Assembly: GCA_964016885.1 (NCBI GenBank)
Contig: OZ024743.1
Location: forward strand, 54,064,001-54,128,000
Direction: 5' to 3'
DNA length: 64,000 bases
Source of the DNA: Eledone cirrhosa
Taxonomy: Eukaryota
Shown: positions 42,994-57,946 of the stretch, in pieces
Position numbering within the stretch: the stretch's first letter is position 1
How the letters are laid out: every line of letters starts with the position of its first letter
Made by a program: the position numbers and the translations under genes
The notes under the pieces: generated by a model
What the model saw: the letters and a program-made list of their open reading frames with translations, nothing else
Databases searched by the model: none
Told to the model about the DNA's origin: nothing

Positions 42994-43257
42994 TTCAAAC
43001 TCGCGCACCATTTCAAAAACATACTTACATGTTTACATTTATAATTTGCTTGTATATATATATATATGTATATATATATATGTTTTCCTACGTGCAAAAA
43101 ATGCATATAGGGACACATATATTATCCAACCGTATGCCAATGTGGTTCTATGGCAGGTTAATAAATTAACGAGCCAGAACATATATAATCAAGGTTTAGC
43201 AAATAGAGAAAAAGTTTTAAAATAAATTTTAAAAAGTTTACTGTACTTACTATATTT

Positions 43258-43340
43258 ACCCTTACCGCGCGGTTTCAATTCTCAAAATAAATGGATAATC
43301 CACGCGGAACACATTGAGAAGGAGAATTTCGTCAGAGGGT
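43258..43340 (-). ncRNA. Type I hammerhead ribozyme (mirror copy in arm B)
   Basis: Minus strand reads accct-CTGACGA-aa..ttctcaa..ttgagaatt-GAAAC-CGCGCG-GTA-agggt. Confidence 0.82.
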
Positions 43341-43710
43341 TCTTCTCACTCGCAGAATATAAAATTCCCGAGTTCAAATCACGAACTGGCGCCATACAGA
43401 ACTGTTCCCGGATGAGAGTGTATGATGCGTACGGTTGGATAATTCATGTGTCCCTATATGCATTTTTTGCACGTAGGAAAACATATTTTATTATTATTAA
43501 TCTCCCCTAAGTTCGAGATAAAATTTTGGTCGTTTTTACTGCTGCTATTTCTAGTGGCAGGACATTGACCTTTCTACACTTGCCTTCTATCTTTACACAC
43601 AGCACTAGACAAGATTGTTTCTTCATCATAGGCTCTCATCCTGGAACAGTTCTGTATGGCGCCAGTTCGTGATTTGAACTCGGGAATTTTATATTCTCCG
43701 AGTGAGAAGA

Positions 43711-43794
43711 ACCCTCTGACGAAAGTCTCCTTCTCAATGGTGTTCCGCATGGATTATCCATTTATTTTGAGAATTGAAACCGCGCGGTAAGGGT
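43711..43794 (+). ncRNA. Type I hammerhead ribozyme with a palindromic stem III (arm B')
   Basis: accct-CTGACGA-aagtctccttctcaa..ttgagaatt-GAAAC-CGCGCG-GTA-agggt. Stem I is accct/agggt, and GUA cleavage is predicted after 43789. Confidence 0.85.
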
Positions 43795-43865
43795 AAATAT
43801 AGTAAGTACAGTAAACTTTTTAAAATTTATTTTAAAACCTTTTCTCTATTTGCTAAACCTTGATT

Positions 43866-44668
<803 letters not shown>

Positions 44669-44780
44669 AAGTTTTATTTAAATTGTTGGGTTACAACGAG
44701 TAAATATTTATAACTGATATAAAAGCACTCAACAAGTATTTGGAGTATATTTACGATATATCGTATATATATATGTGTGT

Positions 44781-44861
<81 letters not shown>

Positions 44862-44865
<4 letters not shown>

Positions 44866-45110
44866 GTCTTGATTTTGATTCACGGCAGTACCTTGTGTCC
44901 GAGAGCAAGACATTTTATTTCAGGCTGCTCTAGTTCATTCAGCTGGGAAAAAAATTTCCTTGTAATACACACACACACACATTGTCACGTTTAATCTCCC
45001 TGAGAACTAAGTTAAGGATACACGCATCTGTTTAATGCTCAGGCACTTACAAATTAATCTCAGGAGCAGGCTGTTCCGTTTAATAACCACTGAAACACTC
45101 GTTGTCAGGA
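44862..45110 (+). mobile_element. SINE (family A), 5'-degenerate
   Basis: gtgtccgagagcaagaca, gagaactaagttaagg and gagcaggctgttccgtt. Confidence 0.65.
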
Positions 45111-45884
45111 TCAATGGATGTCCCAAAACACTAACAATATACATGTTGATATCTCTTTTGTTCCACATCCAAGTCCGTTATGCTTTATTTTTATCGTCTT
45201 GTTAGGAGGGAGCCTCGTTGTCTTGGTGATGCATTCAGGATCTATTTCTTCCTCTACAATTATGAATTTAGTTTCTGCGAGCAGCAAGATTTTCTGCCAA
45301 TTCGCATTCCTATTCATATTTCCTTTAGGTCAGACTTCAAAGATATTTTTATACAAAATCGCCCATTCCTCTCCAGATCTGAACACAGTCGATTTATGAG
45401 AGAGAGAGGGGAGATGGGGGAAGGGAAGTAGGGATGATGCTGTGTGCGGATGATATATTGAGGAAGAATGAGCATCATTACTGAATTGGTCCTTTATTTA
45501 TCGACCTAGAAGATATGCAAATAAAAGTTGATCTCAACGGGATGAGAACAGAGAGAGAGAGAGCCGGTACGAATACTACAAATCATTCTATCACTAGTTC
45601 TAATAACGCTACTGAATCGCTGGTTATTTCGAGTCATGTATTTCCAATAAACATCTAAGACAATTGTGGGGAAAGACGTGTAATTTTCATTACGTGACCC
45701 GTTATATCCAACGAGGAGACTCTAGCTCATCAGCAACCAAAAAAAGAACTAACTTTCAACCGGAAGTAGCCGACGCTTCAATCTCAAGGCCATCTGCTCG
45801 AGTAGATACAAGCTTATATGCCTATGAAACTCTGAGTAATGGTCGTATGGTCATAAAATTGCCCTTCTCCCTATATATATGTGC

Positions 45885-45940
<56 letters not shown>

Positions 45941-45964
45941 CTAAATATATATAGTGTGTGTCTG

Positions 45965-46027
<63 letters not shown>

Positions 46028-46729
46028 AATATATTAAATAATTATGTATATAATATATATGTATCTACGATATACGCCTGTATGAGTGTATTAATGTGTC
46101 TACTTCGAACGCAAATACACACTTGATTCATGTGTGGTATTTGGAATATTATCAAAGTTAATCAAATGTTTTCATTGAACAGATATATCGACTTTATATA
46201 GCATTACAGCTATATAGATAGAGTTTCAATACGAAATTTATTGCTCCATCAAAGCTTTTAAGTACAAACATAGCAATACATTAATGGCTGCACTTTAGTC
46301 AAAGATAAGCTGGAAATATGGCGGTAGGTTTAGTATGTTGTTAGGAAAGTCGTCCATCATATCGCTGTGTCTCTGTATAGCCGCCATTATTTGTAGTTTT
46401 ACTGTATGATTTTGATGACTGTTCATATTTAACTTAGAAATAGTAAAATATTTTATTAGCTAGACTTTAATATACCGACATTACATTTAAAGCTCACAGT
46501 TATGTCATTTTCTTTCCACGACAAAGATTCAGATAACTGAATCGATATAGTAGCCGCTAGCAAAAGGAAGAGGCGGCGGCATATATGCAGCCTCGAGTGT
46601 CTCCTCTCTGTGTCACATAGAAATACACTTACCTCTATTTGAGTGTATCTACCTAACTCTAAATAAGTCCATGATGAAATACTGAAGTTTTCAGTGCTTC
46701 ACTGTATCACACGGACATATACCTAACTC

Positions 46730-46925
46730 TGTGAACCGATCTTCGGTCAAGATGGATCATGAGATTGCGCGTAGAAAGTTCCTCTCCAAACAGCTAACCC
46801 GGCTAATGCGTTTTGTAAAAGACCAACAGTTGTCCGTGCTTACCAGTGTGCTTTCACCACGTCATTTCGTCCAAGAGAAGGACGAAGGTCGGTACAGATT
46901 GGTACAAGTGTCGTTGCAATTCATA
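46730..46925 (-). mobile_element. Interspersed repeat fragment related (inverted) to 61490-61660
   Basis: ggtacagattggtacaagtgtcgttgcaattca matches the reverse complement of tgagttgcgacgtcactggtgccaagctgtatc. Confidence 0.5.
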
Positions 46926-47089
46926 CACCCACTATGTATACAGTATATATTCAGAACATACCCCCACCCCCGCCCCTTATATATATATGTGCGTGTGTTT
47001 ACACACACACACATACACACACACATATATATGTATGTATATTTATATATATATATATATATATATAATTCGTTTTTGAATTTCTTTTG

Positions 47090-47622
47090 CGAGATTTCTT
47101 ATCTGAAAACGTGTGTTGAAACAGATATTGTTATACTTTGGGAGTGTCATACTGCCAATAAAAAACATACGCAGCTGTTGGTTTTCACTTTAATTTATTA
47201 TAAATTTCCGGTTGGCTGATTGGTTCGATAACCGGAAAGGTTGTTTACATATTGTCAAAGCTCTTTCTTCACACATTCTGTGACCTCCTCAGTGACTAGG
47301 TTTTTATTTTGTGTGTCTATCCTTTGTTCTCTCCTACACCAGGATGATGTAGAACCGAATCCAGCTAAGCGGTTCCGCTGCCGACCCGTACAGTTGCGTG
47401 TCGGCACCGGGGAATGCGAACGCTCATGGTGTAGGACAGAACAAAAGAGAGACACACAAAATCAAAACCTAGTCACTGAGGTGGTCACAGAATGTGTGAG
47501 GAAAGAGCTTTGACAACCTTCCGGTTATCGAACCAGCCAGCCAACCGGAAATTTATAATACATTGAAGTGAAAACCAACAGGAGCGTGTGATTTTATTGA
47601 CAACATGACCCCCCCAAAGTAT

Positions 47623-47670
<48 letters not shown>

Positions 47671-48058
47671 TTTCTGAATTTGTTTAGCAAGATTCTTTAT
47701 CTGAAAACGTGTGTTGAAACCGATATTGTTATACTTTGGGAGGGTCATGTTGCCAATAAGAAACACACGCACCAGTTGTTTTCAATCCAATTTATTAAAA
47801 ATTAAATTTATAAATTTCCGGTTGGTTGGTTCCACAACCGGAGGGTTGTTCATATATTGTCAAAGTTCTTTCGTCACATATTCTGTGACCTCTTCAGTGA
47901 CTGGGGATTCTTCTCTTTGTTTTGTGTCTCTCCTTTGTACTGTCTTACGCCATCTTGTTTTTGTGTGTTGACAACACACAAATTTAATTTATAATAAATT
48001 GGAGTGAAAACAACTGGTGCGTGTGTTTCTTATTGGCAACATGACCCTCGCAAAGTAT

Positions 48059-48066
<8 letters not shown>
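47090..48066 (+). mobile_element. Two tandem fold-back modules of one family (47090-47630 and 47668-48066) separated by (TA)n, each starting with a degenerate HHR
   Basis: IR arms are 47125-47341/47427-47630 and about 47723-47812/47980-48066. tatCTGAAAAcgtgtgttGAAAC.gatattGTTata occurs at 47100 and 47698. Confidence 0.8.
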
Positions 48067-48133
<67 letters not shown>

Positions 48134-48138
48134 GCTTT

Positions 48139-48211
48139 TACATGACTAGAACTGTTTCATTCGGGAAGCTTCTTGGTGATTTCTCCCGAATAAAACAGTT
48201 CTAGTCCTGTA
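48139..48211. repeat. Hairpin with 28-bp arms between TA tracts, same family as 23985-24010
   Basis: tacatgactagaactgtttcattcggga pairs with tcccgaataaaacagttctagtcctgta, with 2 mismatches. Confidence 0.88.
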
Positions 48212-48293
48212 GAATATATATATATATAAATGAAAGTATAGAAATTATTGTCAGCGTGAAGCCAACAGTATTTCATAATATATATATATATAT

Positions 48294-48342
<49 letters not shown>

Positions 48343-48409
48343 GGTAGGTATGTATGTATGTATGTATGTATGTATGTATATATAGATATATATATAATGT
48401 GTGTGTGTA

Positions 48410-48482
<73 letters not shown>

Positions 48483-48699
48483 TTGCGCCCGTGTCTATGT
48501 TTGTGTTTCGTAACCAAACGGCAAGACAAAACATATCGATAAAATATGTAGTACACTTTAAAAAAAAATTACTAGGGCCGATATGATCAATTACATCCCT
48601 TAAAGGGCCGAAACCAACAAAAGGAAGAAAGCTAGTAATATGTTTAGGAAGGATCGATGCTATGTTTCTATTAGTTTAAATGATTTACATTTTTGTTGG

Positions 48700-49022
48700 T
48701 CCGCCGTCGGTTCCGGTCACGAGTGTTCTAGTCGTTCGAACAACAGAGCTGGCTGATCCTGAAATGAACCTACAAGTGGTTGGGCATTCCACAGACACGT
48801 GTACCGTTAAAGTAGTTCTCAGTGAAATTCATCATGATACCATGTGTGACAAAATTGATACTTAGAATTACAGGAACAACTCATTATTATACCTGTCACG
48901 TGGACTGGAATGACGAGAAATATAATGTCTTGCTCAAGGACACAACGCACCGTCGGTTATCGAACTCCCGACCTTACGATCATATGCCAAACATCCCTAA
49001 CCTCTAAGGCAGGCAGGCGCCT
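48700..49022 (-). mobile_element. tRNA-derived SINE (family A)
   Basis: Colinear with 14975-15300. Confidence 0.8.
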
Positions 49023-49179
49023 TTTACATTAGATGCTATATTGTTCAGTCTAATGCAACATATTGACGTTATATTCAATGATTTACTGTTGGTTTAGCCA
49101 AGTCAATCATTTATCAATCAGTGCCGCAGTGTTTGCTTAATTTAAAGGAAAATTTATGTTAGTTTCTCTTCCAAATAGC

Positions 49180-49761
49180 AACAAATAGCAACATAATAAA
49201 AAGAAAATAATAACAATAATAATAACAATAATAACAATAACAACAACAATAATAACAGTAATAATAAGGAGAAGAATGTTAAGAGCCAACAGGGGATGCA
49301 CCAACAACAGAAAACAACAGCGAAGCATACAACAGTAATGGTAGCAGGAGCAGCAACAACACCAAAACGAGAACAGTGACAGCAGCAGCAACAATAGAAA
49401 CAAAACAATCGTCAACAACAATAGCAACAACAAAACTGGCAAAACAACCAACAATAATGTAAGCAACAACAACAACAAAACCCACAACAAAACCAGAACA
49501 GCAGTAATAAAGATAGTAGCAAAAAAAAACCAACAACATCAACAACAACAAAAAGAACAAACAACAATAACAACAACAATATCAATGATAGTAACACAAA
49601 ATGACGACAACAACAACAACAACAATAACAATAGTAGTAGCAATGAAAATACAACAGCAACAACAACAAAATGACAACAACACAAAGAACAGCAACAATA
49701 ATAACAATAGAAGCAGCAACGAAACCACAACTACAGCAACAACAATGGTAGCAGCAGCAGT

Positions 49762-49792
<31 letters not shown>

Positions 49793-50005
49793 TTAACAGC
49801 AACAAAAACCCAAACAATGCCAAGAAAAAAATAACAACAACAACAAAATGCAGCAGATAGAATGGGTTTGTTAACTTATAGTGTTATGCAAGTTGATTTT
49901 TCAAGAACAAACCAGGGAAAACGATATCAAAAATTATATTAACAAGAACAACAAAAATAACAAACAATGCCAAGAACATCAGCAGCAACAACAACAATAA
50001 TAACA
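49180..50005. repeat. Degenerate (AAC/AAT/AGC)n low-complexity tract
   Basis: Direct inspection. Confidence 0.9.
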
Positions 50006-50918
50006 AAGTGTTGGATAAAAGAACTGGAGTTCAGTTTCACGCCTCGTAGGTCCCTCTTGAATAGTTCATCATTATATTTTTACGGTAAAACTCCCTTTTG
50101 GGACTGGAAATGCGCTGACATTCTTATCTTCATCACTGATCTTAGCATTGCTTCCGATCATCATCATCATCATCATCATCAACATCATCACTTTTAGCGA
50201 CTCCTTTTTACCGAACTAAACTAATTAACGAATCTTTATGTGATTTATTAACGTTTTGATAGAAACTTATCGATTATAAAGTGGGACATAGAATATAAAT
50301 GATCGAAGAAAAGAACGAACGAAAGAAATTAAAATGAAATAAACTAAGAAACGAAGAAAGTAATGAAATAAGAAAGAAAAAAGTGAGAAATGTAAAAACT
50401 ATATAGATACATAACATTCGTATGTATCTAGGATGAGATTCAGCAAGTGTGATGTCACAGCCAAATAACGAACAGTTTAGGGTGTGGAGAAAGAGAGAGA
50501 GAGAGAGAGGGTAGGAAGAATGAGAAGAGATGGAAGTCACTTGCTTGCGAGGAGATAATTCTGATATGATTTATAGTCTTTCAAATCTGCTTCACAGCGC
50601 CACAACGGTGTGAATATTTAGAATATATTAACAAAGTGTGCCCTGGGGGTCTTGACTAGCAATCTTGAAAATTCTATTTCAGCGAGATCAAAAGAGACTT
50701 CTATAAATTTTGATTAACATTATATTCAATTACCCAAAATAAACGAAGTAACTTTCTTAGGAAGATGCCATTTTCCTAAGCTGAAAATCTAAATTTAGTA
50801 TTTTCATTGATATCTTTTATATGTATACATATTTGTGTATGTATATATATATATACATACACACACATATACAAATATTATATATGTGTATATGTGTATA
50901 TAATACAGTATGTGTGTT

Positions 50919-50971
<53 letters not shown>

Positions 50972-51179
50972 ATGTATATGTATATGTGTATATATATATA
51001 TTTATACGCACAAATATTACATATCTGTGATTATATACATATATTACATATATTACATATATATGCGAACATATCTATATATATATATATGTGTTCGCAT
51101 ATATATGTAATATATGTATATAAACACAGATATGTAATATTTGTGCGTATAAATATATATATATATATACACATATCTA

Positions 51180-51261
<82 letters not shown>

Positions 51262-51462
51262 TGTGTGTGGAGAGAGAGAAAGAGAGAGTCACACATATTA
51301 TATATGTGCATCTGTGGGTGTGTATCTGTAAATATGTAAAAATTGTTTATTTTTATATATTTGTTGTCATTAGTTGCAAAACTACACAAAAAAAGATCAT
51401 TGCATTAGGTGATATACTTTACGTGAGATATTTTAGTTGAATATTTCTCATTTTTGTGCGTG

Positions 51463-51565
<103 letters not shown>

Positions 51566-51729
51566 TTATATGTATGTCTCTCTGTATATGTATGTTGTGT
51601 GCATAAATTCCCTTGGGCAATCTATCAATTTAGCGTGCCAATCAATCTGTAATCTAGCCAGCTGATAATAAAAAATGTATCGATTAGATATCAACAACTG
51701 CAATATTAACAATTGCCATTCTTAATTTC

Positions 51730-53522
51730 TAATTTAGGCACAAGGCCATTAGTATTGATGGAGATAATATTCCATGAAATCGACCACAGTATTTGACTGG
51801 TATTATATTAGATGAAAAGAGCGGTAGATTGGCAGTATCGGTAGAAGGTCGGACACCATGCTTTGATGCATAGAGTTAGGGCCCTTGCCATTCTGAGTTC
51901 AAATCCCGCCGAGGTTAACTTTGCCTTTCATCCTTACGGGGTCGATAAAATAAAATACCAGTAACGTACTGGATAATTGTTGGCCTTGTGCCAAACGTAG
52001 AAACAATTATATTAGATGAAACCTTTTGGCACGAATTCGGGTCGTCATCCTGTGTGGGCTGATATAATGCTTAAATAATATTAATAATGAAAATATCGAT
52101 AGTGATAATGGTATCAATAATAATTGTTTCTACTATAGCCACACGGCCAACAATTTTGGGGAAGGGTAAAGTCGATTAAATCGACCGCAGTGCATTACTG
52201 GTGCTTTATTTTAGACCCTGTAAGGATGAAAGGCAAAAGTAGCCTCGGCGGGATTTGAACTCAGAACATAAAGGGCCATAACTCTTTGCTGAAAAGCATG
52301 GTGTCCGACTCTCTACTGATACTGCCAATCCACGGCCCTATATGGTATAAATAATAATGGTTTCTTATATGGGGACAAGGCCAGCAATTTTGGGGGAGGG
52401 TTTATCTTATCGACCCTGTACGGATGAAAGGCAAAGCTAACCTCGATGGGATTTGAACTCAGAACGTAAAGGGCTGTGGGTATATGCAGGAAAGTAATCA
52501 CTGAATGCCCTATACGTAAACAATGCACTTGGAACACAAAAGCAACAACAAACAAGCATCGAGAGGACAAGACCATCGGATTCGAAACTCGTAAAAATTA
52601 TATTTCTAACAATTGAATCAATCATGAACTAAATGTATATATTAAAGCTACGACATCCCGTATAATCCCTACCTCAGACATTATCCATATTTCCCAACCC
52701 TAATCCGCTCAAATGAGTATGGGGGAGAGGGACCTTTTCAAGCTGTAGTCGTCAAATTACACAGTTTCTGTATAAGAATAGACATTAAATGCCCATTATA
52801 TTTTGAAGAAGTAGAATTCTAATGTGTGCGCAGTCACTGAGATTTAACCTTTTCACTCACTCTGCATCTCATCATTTATGGAGTACTACCATGATTTACT
52901 CATTATTTGGCAGTATCGGTAGAGGGTCTGACGCCATGCTTTGCAGCAAAGAGTTACGGCCCTTTATGGTCTGAGTTCAAATCCCGCCGAGGTTAATTGC
53001 CTTTCATCCTTACGGGGTCGATAAAATAAAGTACCAGTAATACACTACGATTATTACTGGCTTAGTGCCAACATGAGAAACAATTATTTCCTAATTTAGA
53101 CGTTCAGTTGAATGAATAACTGAATGATCATTGATCAAAGCATCTCAGCCTCTCATACCTTTAGACCAACTTGTCCCTTAATCCATCGTCGAATCATTAA
53201 GGTGTCAAGTTTTAAAAATATATTGGTAATTATATTTGAAAATATCAGCCCATCAATGCCAACTACATTAATAATAATTGCTAACTGTAAAGTTCCTAGT
53301 GTTTCGTAATATAACCAAATTTTATTGGCTATATTAATTGTTTCTACTTTTGGCACAAGGCCAGCAATTATCCAGTGTATTATTGGTGGTTTATTTTATC
53401 GACCCCGTAAGGATGAAAGGCAAAATTAACCTCGGCGAGATTTGAACTCAGACCATAAAGGGCTATAACTCATTGCTGCAAAGCATAGCATCTGACCCTT
53501 AACCGATACTGCCAATCTACCA
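51730..53522. mobile_element. Cluster of six family-B SINE copies in mixed orientation
   Basis: 51730-51801(-), 51818-52005(+) with the 16-bp TSD attatattagatgaaa, 52125-52335(-), 52360-52480(-), 52908-53087(+) and 53335-53522(-). Confidence 0.88.
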
Positions 53523-54424
53523 ATATTTGATAACTATAAAGTTCCCAATATTACTGAAGTTAACCAAATGTTATTAGTGTTTAATTTTCAATGCATAATT
53601 CTTTCCTTAACTTTTCAGTGCAGGGCCCATTATGTGTGTTTTCTATGTATAAATTATGTTATGTACAAATTCTAATAAATAGATTCCGATCAACTTACAG
53701 TGGATGGTGCGATGATGAAATATATTATCTAAAAAGGAAAGAAGCCGTAGCAAGAAGAAAAAAAAAACACCAAAAGAAAACACCAAAACTTGTGAAACTC
53801 TGCTTTCAGATCAATGAAAAGACATCATCTGAGAGTTAAGTCTAGACGACAGGCTGTGTCCACGTTGAGAGTATACAAACTGTCATATACGCAGCTGGTT
53901 GCCAGTACTGAATCGACTCAATAACCCAAGATTTCTCCAGAAATAAATGAAATACAACATAAGGCGTCTTTTGTATATTTGACATTAATAAGGAGTCAGT
54001 CAGTGTAGATAGATAGATATGAATAAAGAACATTCGAGATTAGTTCACGCTTGGTGGTATTAAGGGGGTGGCGGTGGTATCATGAGGTAAAATCCTAGGT
54101 GGGGTGAGATGTAGAAAAGATACTATCAAATATCAATTGAATCCGAAGAGAAGAGGGGTCGACACACAACTAATACAAGAGAAAAACATTAACACATTCA
54201 CTTGTAACCAGCTTGAAGTAAAGAGCGACAAACGTAAGAATAACAAACATAGTGAGAAAACAAGCAGAGTATATTGACGGAGAGAGAGAGAATTAGATAG
54301 ATAGAGAGAAATACAGTGTAGTGTCAGTGAGATAACGGGGGCGGCTAAAAAGGGAAAGATAAGGGGAAAAGGCTGAGAGGAGATCAAAGTAATAAACCTG
54401 ATATAAAAGGATAAGTGTTTACTT

Positions 54425-55110
54425 TTGTGTGGTGGTTAGTATTAGAGCTCTAGCAGTCATAAGTTTCTGGGTTCGATCCCAATACGTGGCATTTTGGGCA
54501 AGGGTCAATTACTATAGCTGTCCTACTTTGTGAGTGAGATTGGGTTGATGGAAACTGTATGGAAACCAGTTGAAATGGCTATTCTTGTCACCCACTGTCT
54601 GCGTGTGTCTGTGGAATACTCCCCAACACTCGGGTCCCAAGTAAAAGGGGGGGGGGGAATAAGCGGGGAAGTTGGAATAAGCGTGAGGGTGGAATAAACG
54701 AGAGTTTTGGAAAATCAGTAATTTTTCTAGGATGTCCCCGTTGATTAAAAAAAAAACAACAGAATTAGTTGTTTAGTTTACATATTGAGACCCCAACCCA
54801 TCCTATTTATTTTATAACGTATTGGATTTCTAGTAATGTACTTTTTTTGTCATGTGTAATGCTTTTTAATGTATAAAGAAAATTAATTGTTGCAGGAATA
54901 CTACCAATTAAAATAAAATTTCGCCGGAAATAGATTAGCAAAATTGAACAAGCGGGTTGTGGAGTGGAATAAGAGCGCGGGGGGGATTGGAAAAAAATCT
55001 GAAAAATTAATAAGCAGTGGGTTATGTGAATATTCGAGAACCGCGAGTACTTACACGTTAATTTCAATAGCATCCTGTTAACTTCTATTGAACTACTGGA
55101 ACATTTCTCT
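54425..55110 (+). mobile_element. tRNA-derived SINE interrupted by a MITE-like insertion (54628-55049)
   Basis: SINE head gtggttag..gggttcgatccc. The tail gtggaatactc resumes as acttacacgttaatttc after an insert with imperfect TIRs (actcgggtcccaagta / tattcgagaaccgcgagt) and internal ggaataagcg repeats. Confidence 0.6.
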
Positions 55111-55759
55111 TCGAAACTCAGGTCTGTCCCATTGCAGCAATAAGACTTGCACAAGCCGAATGCTTGAAAGCCCGTTCCAATCCCAAGCATATTTCGGTAA
55201 TAAAAAGATGAGAGTAATGAATGTGGCAAGTTCCTATATTCATGCATGCATAGTCTCGTAACTTCTGGGACAGTCAAAGGTGCACTGTATTGACATGCGG
55301 CGTTTCTATGGCATTTTAAAACCTGGCTCAGCCCTTCCGTCTTCAGGTTTATATACTGACCTTTAAAACACAGGTTTTAACAATCAGAAGACAATCTTGT
55401 TCGGGTTGTTAAGCTACCTAAATGTTAGTGACGCATACATTTATAGACATTCATAACACAGTTTCATAAGTTTTAAATCATCGATTTTTTTTCCTAATTA
55501 ATCTAGTTTAAAGCGTAAAATCCAAACTTGTTGTTGTTCAATTGTTAACTATTTCGATTACGTCTCCGATTTCGTTCCATAGTTAAGCGTAATACTGGAA
55601 CGAATGTCGGGACAAGCAGAATACATTGATGGTTGTTTAAGAAGTTTACCTCTCAACCACGCCGTTCGTGTCCAGTCGTACAACGTGACACCTTGGGCAA
55701 GTATCTTCTAATATAGGCCCGAGTTGACACTGTTTATTAGTGAGCAATCAGCTCGTTAT

Positions 55760-57150
55760 CATGGGTAAAGAGGAACATGTTTAAAAGCAAAGTTATTTTC
55801 GAAGGTAACAGGAAATTTTATAGAATTAGGAAATACATTACTGCTCCACTAAAAAATAAACATAAATTAATTACTGCAGTTAACGTACAAACAGGATGTA
55901 TCCACTCCTAACACATAAAAGGAGAGATCAGGCTTGCACACATCTACAGCACAGTTAAGACACACAGATATAACAAATCTCTGTGGTCAATAGTCTCCCA
56001 AATCAACACAAACTCACCTAGAAGTGCATGAATGAAGTCATACATACCAGATCATTATAGAATAAGATTATCAGAATAATTCCTGGAAATTCTACACGAA
56101 GCATATGAATGTGGCAACATCACCTTTGATGTCGAAAACATTTTCATTAATAACCCCAGTGATTTAAATAATAAATATGATCTCGGACAACGTATATACA
56201 CCCCCAACATTAAAATCCCGGGTATGGAAATATTACTGTAGACATGTACAACCGAGGTCTCATTTCGCTGTACTCAGGGTAACCTCTACATAAAGAAGGG
56301 CTGTATCGCTAAGGGATTCCCATTCAGGCATATATTCACGTCATTCTTCATCTCCATAGTAGAAACCTAACCATATCATCTACATTCCCTATGTCGACGA
56401 TATATTTGGTGTGACTGACAATTGTGAACAGGCCTGTCGTCTTAAAGATGATTTCGAGAATAATTCCATCTATACATTTACACAATCCACCACAGCAGCA
56501 ACACAAATACTGTCTAGGACACGAACCCCATTCTTGGACATAAACACGGGAATTGGTAATAACAATTATAACACTTCTACTTACTCTAAACATATAAGTA
56601 GAGGCTTATACGTGAACACTGATAGCGAATGTCCTACAGATCAAAAATATCTCTAGTTAAAACCCTCACTAGACGAGCGTTTAAATTCGTATGTACCAAA
56701 GACGTTTTAAGGAAATTTCACGTGTAAAACAAACATTAGTAAACAACCCTTTGATACGACAGAAGCACCACGATACACCACACACTAGTCATATACTACA
56801 ACAACCCAAATGCACCCCTATAAAACCAAACATAATATGCATTGATCACAAACACAGAGATAGAATATACTACAAACATACTAAAAGAAAATACCCTCTT
56901 CATTAACATGCACCCACAAACTAGTAAGCCACACAAAACGTATTGAAAATGACATCATGTGTGATTTATAAATTTCAATGTAAACATTTTAATGAAAACT
57001 GTTACATTTTCAATGTAAACATGATAAAAAAACCGTTACATTTTCCCGTTGGTTAACTATACACTTATAAAAAAGAACCATCGCAACACATTTCCATACA
57101 GTACATACAAAAAAAATCAGAAAAATGAAATAGGACAACAATTCGGAATC
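55760..57150 (+). pseudogene. Heavily decayed Penelope-like element (RT plus start of GIY-YIG)
   Basis: Across frameshifts: HIYSTVKTHR, TFDVENIFIN, GCIAKGFPF, PYVDDIFGV, PFLDI, TSTYSK..GLYVNTDSECP and VIYKFQC. An HHR remnant ctgaagatgaaaccgcg lies downstream at 57711. Confidence 0.78.
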
Positions 57151-57364
57151 CAATTCCACACAAAACAAAGCGAACAACTATATAGGCTCTACTAATGCAT
57201 ACATGGTCCCATAACTCTCGGGGAAGTCTATGGGTACCATATACGACGTTTCTAGGGCAGTTTTATACTTGGCGGGACCTAATCCTTTCCATGTCTGAAT
57301 ACAGCAGATTTCTCCCAGAGAAGGATAGAAAGTGAGAGAATGGAAGTGAGAAAGAGATATATAT

Positions 57365-57525
57365 GCAGAATCGACACCAGTGCTTGATTTGTACTGTTTT
57401 TATCGATATGGAATCCATGAATGGCGAAGTTGACCCCGGTGGGATTTGAACTGAAAGAGCCGAAACGAATACCACAAAGCATTCTATCCAACGTTCAAAC
57501 GTCTCTGACATTTCGCCGCCTTCAA
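57365..57525 (-). mobile_element. SINE (family B), degenerate
   Basis: gggatttgaact, ggcgaagttgacc and ttcgccgcc. Confidence 0.6.
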
Positions 57526-57889
57526 GCGATACTAATATAAGAATATATATCCAAAATTACTTCACAGATACAGCATACAATTATAATAGCTGCCATGCTT
57601 CAACAGTTAAGAAATTCTAAATCAGGCGTTCACGATCTCCTAGCACTTCCATACTTTACGACCACTGCTAAACACATGACGAATACGCCACTGTTATGAT
57701 CACGTTAATTCTGAAGATGAAACCGCGAAGCCTCACAACATTCATTTATACATGGAGTTAGGTTTTCTAATGTCTTCTACTGTTCCAAACTAAGCATAGA
57801 GAACTAATAAGGAAATACGAGAAATCCTTATTAAAACTTATCAACTTTTGGTATAGTCGTCTTTTCACTATAATATGTTTGAGAAAAAG

Positions 57890-57946
<57 letters not shown>

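Noticed and set aside
45111-45431. Overlapping short ORFs as a host exon
   Set aside because: No recognisable motif or clear splice sites. It lies between SINE fragments.
46731-47219. 162-aa ORF
   Set aside because: It is a chance read-through of a repeat fragment, a microsatellite and the fold-back module.
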